In this document: one piece after another, positions 52,884-61,730 of the stretch | How positions within the stretch are numbered: position 1 is the stretch's first letter | Layout: every line of letters starts with the position of its first letter | From: a virus | Taxonomy: Duplodnaviria > Caudoviricetes | IMG/VR virus record: IMGVR_UViG_3300021399_000014 | Span: 2,566-66,565 of that record | Reading direction: 5' to 3' (one strand) | Length of the DNA stretch: 64,000 bases | The notes under the pieces: model-generated | Databases searched by the model: none | What the model was told of the DNA's origin: nothing | Seen by the model: only the letters and a program-made list of their open reading frames with translations | Position numbers and translations under genes: made by a program

Positions 52884-53801
52884 ATGGCCTATAAGCATTT
52901 AGAAAAAATTACAATAGACGGCGAACAGGTCAAATTCCCTGCCGCCAATGTGCTGGAAGAAGAACTTGCGTCACTCAAATACGTCAAAGACGGAGCTTCT
53001 GACAACGGCGGCGTGATCGAGGGCGACGTAGAGTACAATGTGGCGAGTGGCATATACTCCCATGCAGAGGGCAGCGAAACAACGGCGAGCGGAGAGAAGT
53101 CCCATGCAGAAGGCGGCATGTCCGTGGCGACAATGAGCTGTGCCCATGCGGAAGGCTGCGCGGCAAAGGCTAAAGGGGCAAACTCTCATGCGGAGGGGAA
53201 CGCTACAGAAGCAAGCGGACCGTGCGCCCATGCGGAAGGTAATTTGGCCATCGCAAGCGGAGCAAGTGCACACGCTGAAGGAACGAGTACGACCGCAAGC
53301 GCAAACGATACCCATGCAGAAGGCGGGAATACAAAAGCAACCGGGAATCAGTCACACGCTGAGGGATCTGGAACGACAGCCAGCGGCGCATCGTCTCATG
53401 CAGAAGGTGCAATGACCAATGCTATAGGGGCAGACTCTCACGCAGAAGGAGGCGGCACAAAGGCAATCGGGACAGTATCTCATGCCGAAGGTGGTGCTAC
53501 AGAAGCAAGCGGACAGAGCTCTCACGCAGAAGGTGGTGGTACAATCGCAAGTGGTGACTGTTCTCATGCAGGAGGGAGTGGTACGATTGCTCGTGGATAT
53601 GCACAGCACGCCATCGGAAAATTCAACGTAGAAAATGGAACGAATGCGACAAGTGACTACGCGTTTATTGTTGGCAATGGTAGTGCCAATGATCACCGCT
53701 CCAACGCCTTTGCTATCAAATGGGATGGCACTCTCGTCTTTGCCAACGGCACGGAGATAGCTCCTGCACAATTTGCGGCACTTCTGGCTCTTTTGTCGTA
53801 A
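52884..53801 (+). CDS. Tail fibre / adhesin with YadA-head-like SHAEG repeats
   Basis: About 14 tandem 14-aa repeats (SGxxSHAEGxxTxA), then HAIGKFN...VGNG...SNAF. Confidence 0.75.
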   Translation: MAYKHLEKITIDGEQVKFPAANVLEEELASLKYVKDGASDNGGVIEGDVEYNVASGIYSHAEGSETTASGEKSHAEGGMSVATMSCAHAEGCAAKAKGANSHAEGNATEASGPCAHAEGNLAIASGASAHAEGTSTTASANDTHAEGGNTKATGNQSHAEGSGTTASGASSHAEGAMTNAIGADSHAEGGGTKAIGTVSHAEGGATEASGQSSHAEGGGTIASGDCSHAGGSGTIARGYAQHAIGKFNVENGTNATSDYAFIVGNGSANDHRSNAFAIKWDGTLVFANGTEIAPAQFAALLALLS

Positions 53802-53966
53802 CATTGCGTTTAGAAAAACAACAGAGCGAAGAGAAAATAGAGCAATGATTGTGAAAACTATACTTGCGTTTATTACGCCATTATTGATTGCGTTGCCGTC
53901 TTGCATATTAGCTGTTATAGACCTGTGACGCCAAACTCATAAAATAGATAATAAGGAGCGTTCAAA

Positions 53967-55172
53967 ATGGGACTGATTTGGCATGTACCTGGCTTCTCCA
54001 AATACGAGAATGATACTCGTTACGGAGATTGCCAGTTTTTTATTTACACATATCCAAAGACGGGCCATAAACTCTTCTTTGCGATTGACGGTTACGATAA
54101 AGATGGGGACGACAGATTCATTGAAGATCTGTATCTCTTTAAGGCCAACAAAGATTCTGAAATTTGGGTAGAGATCTCCCATGGGCATTACGACCACCTT
54201 AAGGGTATCCGTACGGCCATTAATCACAAGACAAACGGCAAGTATACCTTTAACATAACGCGCCTTTACATGCAGGATCCGGCTTCTCTTAAGGTTGGCC
54301 TTAGAGATAATAAGGGCTCTGGCTATGTTAGGAATGCTATCAATACGCTTTACGAGATTAAAGCCGAGGCTGAAGCAAGAGGAATCAAGGTTATTTTCGT
54401 TAAGAACATGCAAAAGATTAAGTTCGGCGATACGACTATTCAATTCTTCAGAGAGCAGCCAACGAGAGTAGAAGATAGTGACCGCTACGGAGACACTTAC
54501 CTCAATCACGGCTCTATCATCACGTGGTTTCCTGACCTTAGTTACATCACCTCTGGCGACGGCCCCAAGAGACTAGACCAAATCTGTGATAAGTACGGCC
54601 TCGATCCTATATTTGTCAAAGGTCCTCATCACGGCAACATCCTTATCAGGGTCTGTGCTACCTGGCTTAAGAATCACGGATGTCTTTACTATTGGGACAA
54701 CGACCTGTCTAAGGATATTACAGGCTTCCTTGAGACGGGAAGAGAAGATGCAATTGCTGTCGGCATGGAGGTTCTTAACTGTATTGGTGACATCAATGGC
54801 GTAGCTCATAACGGCAAGTTCTATGTATACAAGAACGGTAAGCTCGCATTCAGCTATGACTGCTCTTACAAAGGACCGAAGACCCTCATCCAGAAGCCTA
54901 CAGTCACTCTTGTAAGGATGATCTTAAGAGGCAAGTACAGCACCGGTGACCGCAGGATTTCTAAGATTCTGGCTATCGGTTATGCTCCTCTTGAAGCTCA
55001 GAAGTATGTCGACCGGGTCATCAATACGGCGAAAGGTATACTAAGCGGACGCCTCGACTATGGCCAGAACAAAGAGCGCATCAAAAAGATCGATGAGGTT
55101 TTCGGCGGAAACTACGGCCAGCTCGTGCAGGATTATATTAATGTACTCGCTGGAGTAAAGGAGAACGTATGA
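53967..55172 (+). CDS. Metallo-beta-lactamase-fold hydrolase with C-terminal CW_7-like cell-wall-binding repeats
   Basis: SHGHYDH (HxHxDH), GPHHG; tail VRMILRGKYSTGDRR...GY / AKGILSG...YGQNKER...VQDYIN. Confidence 0.7.
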   Translation: MGLIWHVPGFSKYENDTRYGDCQFFIYTYPKTGHKLFFAIDGYDKDGDDRFIEDLYLFKANKDSEIWVEISHGHYDHLKGIRTAINHKTNGKYTFNITRLYMQDPASLKVGLRDNKGSGYVRNAINTLYEIKAEAEARGIKVIFVKNMQKIKFGDTTIQFFREQPTRVEDSDRYGDTYLNHGSIITWFPDLSYITSGDGPKRLDQICDKYGLDPIFVKGPHHGNILIRVCATWLKNHGCLYYWDNDLSKDITGFLETGREDAIAVGMEVLNCIGDINGVAHNGKFYVYKNGKLAFSYDCSYKGPKTLIQKPTVTLVRMILRGKYSTGDRRISKILAIGYAPLEAQKYVDRVINTAKGILSGRLDYGQNKERIKKIDEVFGGNYGQLVQDYINVLAGVKENV

Positions 55173-56698
55173 GTTTAAACGGCTGTGACGGTGCTAGTTA
55201 TCAGTGGGACATCGAACCCGCAAAGATGACTACTACCGACTTTTTTATATTCAAGGTCTCTCAGGGTAAGTGGTATGTGAATCCCTATTTCGAGAAGCAA
55301 TACGCGAAAGCCAAAAAAGCAGGTAAACTTCTCGGTGCATATTGCTATGGCGAAGGTAAAGATCCTGTCGGCGAGGCACGGTACTTCGTCAAACTGCTCG
55401 GGAATAAAATAGGAGAGTGTATCCTGGCTTTTGATCATGAAGGCAGAGACAACCGCATATTTGGCAAGGTAGAAGAGGTCGAGTACGTAAGGAAATTTGT
55501 GGAAGAAGTTCACAGACTTACCGGCGTATGGCCTCTTCTTTATGTCTCTAAGGGAGTTACCCGTCGTCGAGATTGGTCTTCCGTAGCAAAGAATGTCAAG
55601 CTCTGGTGCGCTCAATACGCAAGCGACCGTAATACCAATTACCAATCAGAACCTTGGACAGATGACTATGGCTTTGGCGCGTGGAAGAAAGACACTATCA
55701 GACAGTATTCTTCTCACGGCAGAGTAAGAGGATATTCGCGAGATCTTGATGTCGACCTTGCATACCTTACGGCGGAAGAGTGGATGAAGCTTGCAAGACC
55801 TGAGTCTATGGGCGCAGTCGTTGAGTCCAATATTCCTGTCGTGACGGATGCTGTGCCTACTACCGAGTGGTCTGATTATATTTACAAAGTCACATCTCCT
55901 GTTCTCATCTCAAACAGCGGCTCTGATGAGAGAGGAGCTTACAAGGGCGGACAGGCAGGAGATCAGACCGGTAAAGAATGGCGCATAAGAGACTGGTACA
56001 ACAGGCCATGGAACTGCGTGCTCCGTCATCCATTAGCCGAGGTCAGGGCATGCATTGCTACAATGGCAGTTAAAGCGGCTAAGAACGACCGCATCGGCTA
56101 TGACCAGTCGCAGAGGGACAGCTATGGCGAGGCTCTTGCTAAGGCTGACTACGACCCCAGTAAGATCACAAAGAACGTAGAGTCGGACTGCTCTAAAGGC
56201 GTTATCGACAATGTTAGGGCAACCGGCAACGTTCTAGGCATCGATAAGCTTAAGAAACTGGACGCTACATATACGGGTAATATGCGTGCTGCCTTCAAAG
56301 CTGCTGGCTTCCAGGTCCTTACCGATCCTAAGTACCTTACAAGTGGCGACTATTTGCTTGCTGGAGATATTCTGCTCAACGATGCTCACCATACCTGCAC
56401 GGTAATTACCAATGGTTCAAAATCAGCAGGACAACAGGCCACACCTTATGAAGAGAATATGGAGGAATACGAGATGCTGCCTCTTCTTAAGAAAAATCGC
56501 AAAGGCAATGCGGTAAGTCATCTTCAGTGGATGCTTAATCATGCCTCGTATAAGGATAAAAAGACACTGACTGAGGACGGGGAGTTCGGCTACAAGACCC
56601 TCAATCAGGTTATTTATTTCCAGAAGTCACACGGTCTGTCTCCCGATGGTGAAGTAGGTCCTAAGACCTGGAAGAAGCTTTATGATGTAGTATTCTAA
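55169..56698 (+). CDS. Endolysin: GH25 muramidase + Cys/His peptidase-like domain + PG-binding domain
   Basis: DGASYQ...KVSQG...DHE...QYSS..G...DLD GH25; SDCS...GDILL...HHT second domain; GNAVSHLQWML...DGEFG...FQKSHGLSPDGEVGPKTW. Confidence 0.85.
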   Translation: MSLNGCDGASYQWDIEPAKMTTTDFFIFKVSQGKWYVNPYFEKQYAKAKKAGKLLGAYCYGEGKDPVGEARYFVKLLGNKIGECILAFDHEGRDNRIFGKVEEVEYVRKFVEEVHRLTGVWPLLYVSKGVTRRRDWSSVAKNVKLWCAQYASDRNTNYQSEPWTDDYGFGAWKKDTIRQYSSHGRVRGYSRDLDVDLAYLTAEEWMKLARPESMGAVVESNIPVVTDAVPTTEWSDYIYKVTSPVLISNSGSDERGAYKGGQAGDQTGKEWRIRDWYNRPWNCVLRHPLAEVRACIATMAVKAAKNDRIGYDQSQRDSYGEALAKADYDPSKITKNVESDCSKGVIDNVRATGNVLGIDKLKKLDATYTGNMRAAFKAAGFQVLTDPKYLTSGDYLLAGDILLNDAHHTCTVITNGSKSAGQQATPYEENMEEYEMLPLLKKNRKGNAVSHLQWMLNHASYKDKKTLTEDGEFGYKTLNQVIYFQKSHGLSPDGEVGPKTWKKLYDVVF

Positions 56699-56725
56699 AT
56701 TTTCCCCGGTAGGATTTTTCGAAAA

Positions 56726-57094
56726 ATGTTTATAAACTACAATGCAAATCCTTCGGGCAAGGCTACGGGGGACTGTGTAATAAGGGCTATTTCCACGATT
56801 ACTGGTCTTCCGTGGCGAACCGTTCACTGGGAACTTGCCATGCTTAGCAATGACGTATACCAGATGATGGACGATAATCCGGTCTGGCACGAATATTTGC
56901 GCAGGCTAGGTTTTAATATTCGTATGGTGGAATGGCCTTGCTCGAGGATTAAAGATTTTTGCAAGTGCTTTCCTTATGGCTGTTATATTCTCGGCACCGG
57001 GAAGCACGTTGTAGCAGTAATTGACGGCGACTATTACGATACCTGGGATTCCGGTAACGAGCTCGCCGTCTTTTATTGGAAATTGGAGGGATAG
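56726..57094 (+). CDS. Papain-like (C39-type) peptidase-like protein
   Basis: GDCVIRAI...HVVAVIDG...DTWDS giving a Cys-His-Asp order. Confidence 0.55.
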   Translation: MFINYNANPSGKATGDCVIRAISTITGLPWRTVHWELAMLSNDVYQMMDDNPVWHEYLRRLGFNIRMVEWPCSRIKDFCKCFPYGCYILGTGKHVVAVIDGDYYDTWDSGNELAVFYWKLEG

Positions 57095-57109
57095 AAAGGA
57101 GAATTCAAA

Positions 57110-57442
57110 ATGCCTACAAATTATGGACAGTATCAGGCGCCGCAGACAATTACTATGTTTACGGTGCATGGAGAAGAAGGGGCAAATGCGTTTCCCATCG
57201 GTCCAGGCCAGAAAGTTACCCTGATCGACGCTGACAACGCTGTTATTTACGTAAAAAGCGCTAATAACTTTGGCCAGACACTCCCGCTCGAAGTATACGA
57301 CATGGTCTACAGACAGCCTCCTCAGCCTGAAGTGCCTAACGCGGCTCCTTCGATGAGTAAGGACGAGATTGTCACTACTGTGAACGATGCTGTTAAGGCA
57401 GCTATGCAGAAGTATTTTCCACAGATTAACTTTGGCGAGTAA
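57110..57442 (+). CDS. Uncharacterised protein, module gene A
   Basis: GAAAGGAG RBS; VHGEEGANAFPI...IYVKS pattern. Confidence 0.7.
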   Translation: MPTNYGQYQAPQTITMFTVHGEEGANAFPIGPGQKVTLIDADNAVIYVKSANNFGQTLPLEVYDMVYRQPPQPEVPNAAPSMSKDEIVTTVNDAVKAAMQKYFPQINFGE

Positions 57443-57453
57443 GGAGGTAGAGT

Positions 57454-57693
57454 ATGGGTAATCCTTTATTTGGTAATGGCGGTTTTGGTGGAGGTATGCC
57501 TCAGAACAATATGTTTGGCGCGTTCGGCGGGATGATGAACTTCATGAACCAGTTCAATCAGTTCAGAAGCGGCCTTCAAGGTAATCCTCAACAAATGGTA
57601 CAAAGTATGATTCAAAATGGACAAATGAGCAATGAGCAGTTTAACCAGCTCAGCAATATGGCCAATCAGATCATGCCGTTCATAAAGAGATAA
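57454..57693 (+). CDS. Gly/Met/Gln/Asn-rich low-complexity protein, module gene B
   Basis: MGNPLFG...NPQQMVQSMIQNGQMSNEQFNQL. Confidence 0.7.
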   Translation: MGNPLFGNGGFGGGMPQNNMFGAFGGMMNFMNQFNQFRSGLQGNPQQMVQSMIQNGQMSNEQFNQLSNMANQIMPFIKR

Positions 57694-57697
57694 GGAG
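57674..57697 (+). repeat. 24-bp direct repeat, copy 1 (copy 2 at 59714-59737)
   Basis: TGCCGTTCATAAAGAGATAAGGAG exact in both places. Confidence 0.85.
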
Positions 57698-57704
57698 GTA
57701 ATAT

Positions 57705-57866
57705 GTGAATACTTCCAATGTTATTGTAGGCGTAGTCAGTAACGGTGATTACGGTAATACTTCTAACGCATTTGGCATAAAGTGGGACGGCACCTTTGTG
57801 TTTGCGAATGGTATAGAGATCACACCGGCACAGTTTGCGAAGCTACTGGCTCTGCTAGGCAACTAG
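57705..57866 (+). pseudogene. Orphan copy of the C-terminus of the SHAEG fibre
   Basis: SNAFGIKWDGTFVFANGIEITPAQFAKLLALL versus SNAFAIKWDGTLVFANGTEIAPAQFAALLALL in 52884..53801. Confidence 0.65.
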
Positions 57867-57888
57867 AAAAAGACTAGGAGAATTAATT

Positions 57889-59646
57889 ATGGCTATATTA
57901 GACGAACTTAAAGCAAAAGCTAATGGCGCTGCTGATCAGGCTAACAACATCCAGGAAGCCGTGTCCATGATGGAGTTTGGTGGTGGAAGCTCTGGCGGTG
58001 GAGCAGGCTTGGAAGAGATTACCTATGCCGAGCTGAAAGTAAAGCGTGACGGCGGTCAGCTGACACCTGGCGGTCAATATCGTATCACGGACTATGTTTG
58101 TACAACTACGCAAGCTGAATCTCAGGCAGTATCGCATCCGTTCGACATAATCGTAGTTGCTGACAGTGCATCCGTCCTCAATGAGAATGCCAGAGCATGT
58201 CTGCATGACGGGGATGACTACTACTCTGCGCAAGACCATCAGGCAAACCTTGAGGCGTGGGAGCTGAAGTACTGTATCGACAATGATGATAATCGGTTCG
58301 CATGGGCAGATACTGTAAATGGTAAGGGCGTCATCTATTACATGAAAGACGATCGGAACAACGAATGCCCGTATGACTTCAAACAGATCCAGTTCAAGAG
58401 ATATCCGATCACGGAATGTGCAAAAGTTCCGAGTCTTGTCGGGAAATATGCAGCAATTAACCGAAGCGAGGATATAACCGGCATTGATGAGCAGAACCCG
58501 GTCTGGTGTTATACCTTCTCTGTGAGTGATCAGGAGGCTACATCTGTTATTTATGATGGGACAATTGCACCACTTAGCGATGATGGGTTAGATCACGGTT
58601 GTTTTGTGTTAGACAATAAAATAAACCCGTTGTTTGACTATAAAGATTTAGAAGAAGGCTATGGACAAAAGGTTTTATATTTAAACAATATTGTTTTTAC
58701 CTGTTATTTTGGATCCAGCTGCTCCATTAATACCTTTGGAGATAACTGCGGCTCCAATACATTCGGAGATAGCTGCGGCTCCAATACCTTTGGAGATAAC
58801 TGCTACTCCAATACCTTTGGATATGGCTGCGGCTCCAATACATTCGGAGATAACTGCGGCTCCAATACATTCGGAGATAACTGCGGCTCCAATACATTCG
58901 GAGATAGCTGCGGCTCCAATACCTTTGGAGATAGCTGCGGCTACAATACCTTTGGAGATAGCTGCGGCTACAATACCTTTGGAGATAGCTGCGGCTCCAA
59001 TACCTTTGGATATGGCTGCGGCTCCAATACCTTTGGATATGGCTGCTACTCCAATACCTTTGGAGATAACTTCGGCTCCAATACCTTTGGAAATGGCTGT
59101 AACGAAAACACCTTTGGAAATAACTGCGGCTCTAACACCTTTGGGGATAACTGCGCCTCTAACACCTTTGGAAATAGCTGCGGCTCTAACACCTTTGGGG
59201 CTAACTGCTTATCTAACACCTTTGGAAATGGCTGTCACGAAAACACCTTTGGAAATAACTGCTACTCTAACACCTTTGGGGCTAACTGCTTCTCTAACAC
59301 CTTTAGGGATGACTACTCCTTTAACACCTTTGGGGATAATTGCGCCTTTAACACCTTTGGGGATAACTGCTACTCTAACACCTTTGGAAATAGCTGCGGC
59401 TCTAACACCTTTGGGGCTAACTGCTTCTCTAACACCTTTGGGGATGACTGCAAGTATGTCGACCTTGCAGCGGGGCTAAGCTCAGCGAATTCAAAACGAT
59501 ACTACCATGTTCTTGACGGCGTACATGGAACGCAAAACTCTCACATTTCCATCACAGGCACAAACGGAAACAATTTCGAGACCTATGTCGGCATGAACAG
59601 CAGTGGTGTACTCAAGACTTGGGTACCGGCGGACCTTGCAACGTAA
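57889..59646 (+). CDS. Fibre/receptor-binding-like protein with 27 x 9-aa beta-helix repeats
   Basis: ITYAELK...GGQYRITDY N-domain; xxCxxNTFG repeats. Confidence 0.7.
   Translation: MAILDELKAKANGAADQANNIQEAVSMMEFGGGSSGGGAGLEEITYAELKVKRDGGQLTPGGQYRITDYVCTTTQAESQAVSHPFDIIVVADSASVLNENARACLHDGDDYYSAQDHQANLEAWELKYCIDNDDNRFAWADTVNGKGVIYYMKDDRNNECPYDFKQIQFKRYPITECAKVPSLVGKYAAINRSEDITGIDEQNPVWCYTFSVSDQEATSVIYDGTIAPLSDDGLDHGCFVLDNKINPLFDYKDLEEGYGQKVLYLNNIVFTCYFGSSCSINTFGDNCGSNTFGDSCGSNTFGDNCYSNTFGYGCGSNTFGDNCGSNTFGDNCGSNTFGDSCGSNTFGDSCGYNTFGDSCGYNTFGDSCGSNTFGYGCGSNTFGYGCYSNTFGDNFGSNTFGNGCNENTFGNNCGSNTFGDNCASNTFGNSCGSNTFGANCLSNTFGNGCHENTFGNNCYSNTFGANCFSNTFRDDYSFNTFGDNCAFNTFGDNCYSNTFGNSCGSNTFGANCFSNTFGDDCKYVDLAAGLSSANSKRYYHVLDGVHGTQNSHISITGTNGNNFETYVGMNSSGVLKTWVPADLAT
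58714..59442 (+). repeat. Tandem array of 27 units of 27 bp
   Basis: Unit consensus GATAACTGCGGCTCCAATACCTTTGGA; unit ends fall at 58740+27n. Confidence 0.9.
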
Positions 59647-59743
59647 TTGAAACACAAAAACGGCGCCGACAATGCCATGGTGTGAGGCTTAATGTTTGGG
59701 GCGATAATACGAGTGCCGTTCATAAAGAGATAAGGAGCAGAAT

Positions 59744-59956
59744 ATGGCAGAATTTGATACTCCTCAGAGCAGAGTAGAAGCCCTACTTCAAAATGCTCTT
59801 GGCGGAACTAACGAGGTTAATCCTGAGAGTAGAGTGGAAGAACTCCTCGAAAAACTAGACAAGACTCTGGAAGACATGGGTATCGGCACTAGAACTAATG
59901 TTGATACCGTTATAGCGGACAATAAAATTCAGTTCTTCACGAAAGGAGGCGACTGA
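59744..59956 (+). CDS. Small protein upstream of the esterase fibre
   Basis: AAGGAG RBS; internal repeat PQSRVEALL / PESRVEELL. Confidence 0.65.
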   Translation: MAEFDTPQSRVEALLQNALGGTNEVNPESRVEELLEKLDKTLEDMGIGTRTNVDTVIADNKIQFFTKGGD

Positions 59957-59958
59957 GT

Positions 59959-61674
59959 ATGGCTACGATGGAAGGTCTTTATATTAATGGCGAAAAAGCC
60001 AAATTCCTTCCGGAAAACATCATCGAAGGCGACGTCGGCGCTTATGCAGAGGCTGTAGGAGCTGGTGTTGAAGCTTGGATGGACGAGCATCTCGATCCAG
60101 CAGGAAGCGTCGTAATCGATAAAAACCTGTCTATTGAAGGCGCTGCGGCTGACGCTAAAGCTACTGGCGATGCAGTTAATGAGTTAAAGAGTGCCTTAAA
60201 TAACAGAACAGGAATCGCATTTACAGAGACGGAAGGCAAATACGTATCAGGTACAGGACACTTTTATGACAATACTAATTATAATTGTACCAATTATATT
60301 TCGGTACATAATCTTTCGGATGTATATGTAAAAGCGTATTCAGGTAGTGGGTGCAACTATGAATTTTATGACTCAGATCATATCTTTATTAGCGGCGGTC
60401 ATACACCTGACAACAACAATAATCTTGTTTCTCTCCCTGTCCCAAATGGTGCATATTATTTTAGAATATCGTACTACGCAAATAGAGGAATGCAGGTATT
60501 TGTCGGAAACATACCTAACACCATAACAAAAATCAACGATGCTATATCAGAAAGAAAAAGCAAGTATATCACGCTTAATGATTTAGATTGGATTGATGGG
60601 TATTATCTGGCAGTTTCGGCAGATATAAAGTATGAAAATACAGGCTTCAAATATTCCGAAAAAATACCGCTTGAATACATGAATTTGCATAGCATCTCTT
60701 TGCACGGCAGAGCAAGTGGTGTAGCATCTATTGTATTTTATGATGAACGTCAGATGTTTATATCTTCTGTTGTAGGGGTATTTATTGAAAGTGTGGAAAT
60801 TCCATCTAACGCAAAATATATGGCTATATGCGTTGAAAAATCAAAAACGAATGACCACGCAGAATTTATAGTAGATGACTTCACAATAACTAATTTTGTA
60901 GGGCTTTTAAAAGAAAAACAGCTTGATAACGTGCCATTGGAGCAAATCATACAGACGGGCGGTATGTGCAAAATATTCCGCACTATCGGTGTTGTGGGGG
61001 ATAGTCTTTCAAGCGGTGAAATGGCATATGGAAACGCTTCTGATGAATCCACAACACAATTTGTTGACATGTATGAATATAGTTGGATTCAGTACATGGC
61101 GAGATACTGCGGAAATGAAGCATATAATTTTTCAGCAGGTGGATTAAGCACAAGAACATTTTTCACAGCACAAAGCGGAAAGTTTTACAACGAATTAATG
61201 GATGGTCAGCATAAATGTCAGGCATATTTTATTGCATTGGGACACAATGACAAAAACCAGAATGTTCCAATAGGCTCTATCAATGATATTAATCTAAGCA
61301 ATCCTGATTTAAACAATGATACATATTATGGAAATTATGGGAAAATTATTTCAAAAATAAAGACTGTTCAGCCAAACGCAAAGATTTTCTGTGTTTGCAT
61401 GAAAAACAAAACCCAGTTCGGGGCATACAATGTGGCGATTAAAAACATTGCCAATCTTTTTGCGACAAATGTGTATGTGCTTGACATGGAAGCGTATGCT
61501 CCACCATTGGAATCATGGGAATACACTCAAGGGCACGGCAATACTATGGGGTACTTAAATTATTCATATCAAATTTCATCGTATGTTGATTTTTTGATTA
61601 GGAAAAATCCTTCTGAATTTAAGTATGTGCAGTTTATTGGCACAGAATATGACGGATATATCCCGAACGCATAA
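59959..61674 (+). CDS. Fibre-like N-terminal anchor fused to carbohydrate-binding-like domains and an SGNH/GDSL hydrolase
   Basis: AADAKATGDAVNELKSAL junction; GDSLS (block I), LGHND (block III), terminal GHGN; sharp GC drop after about 60190. Confidence 0.7.
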   Translation: MATMEGLYINGEKAKFLPENIIEGDVGAYAEAVGAGVEAWMDEHLDPAGSVVIDKNLSIEGAAADAKATGDAVNELKSALNNRTGIAFTETEGKYVSGTGHFYDNTNYNCTNYISVHNLSDVYVKAYSGSGCNYEFYDSDHIFISGGHTPDNNNNLVSLPVPNGAYYFRISYYANRGMQVFVGNIPNTITKINDAISERKSKYITLNDLDWIDGYYLAVSADIKYENTGFKYSEKIPLEYMNLHSISLHGRASGVASIVFYDERQMFISSVVGVFIESVEIPSNAKYMAICVEKSKTNDHAEFIVDDFTITNFVGLLKEKQLDNVPLEQIIQTGGMCKIFRTIGVVGDSLSSGEMAYGNASDESTTQFVDMYEYSWIQYMARYCGNEAYNFSAGGLSTRTFFTAQSGKFYNELMDGQHKCQAYFIALGHNDKNQNVPIGSINDINLSNPDLNNDTYYGNYGKIISKIKTVQPNAKIFCVCMKNKTQFGAYNVAIKNIANLFATNVYVLDMEAYAPPLESWEYTQGHGNTMGYLNYSYQISSYVDFLIRKNPSEFKYVQFIGTEYDGYIPNA

Positions 61675-61730
61675 ATGGACTTAAAGCACCATTTAAACCA
61701 GTAACGCATCAGCTAAAAAGAGGTTACGAG

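Noticed and set aside
57889-59646. Diversity-generating retroelement target
   Set aside because: No reverse transcriptase or separate template repeat was seen, and unit differences include non-adenine changes; tandem expansion explains the pattern. An RT outside the window cannot be excluded.
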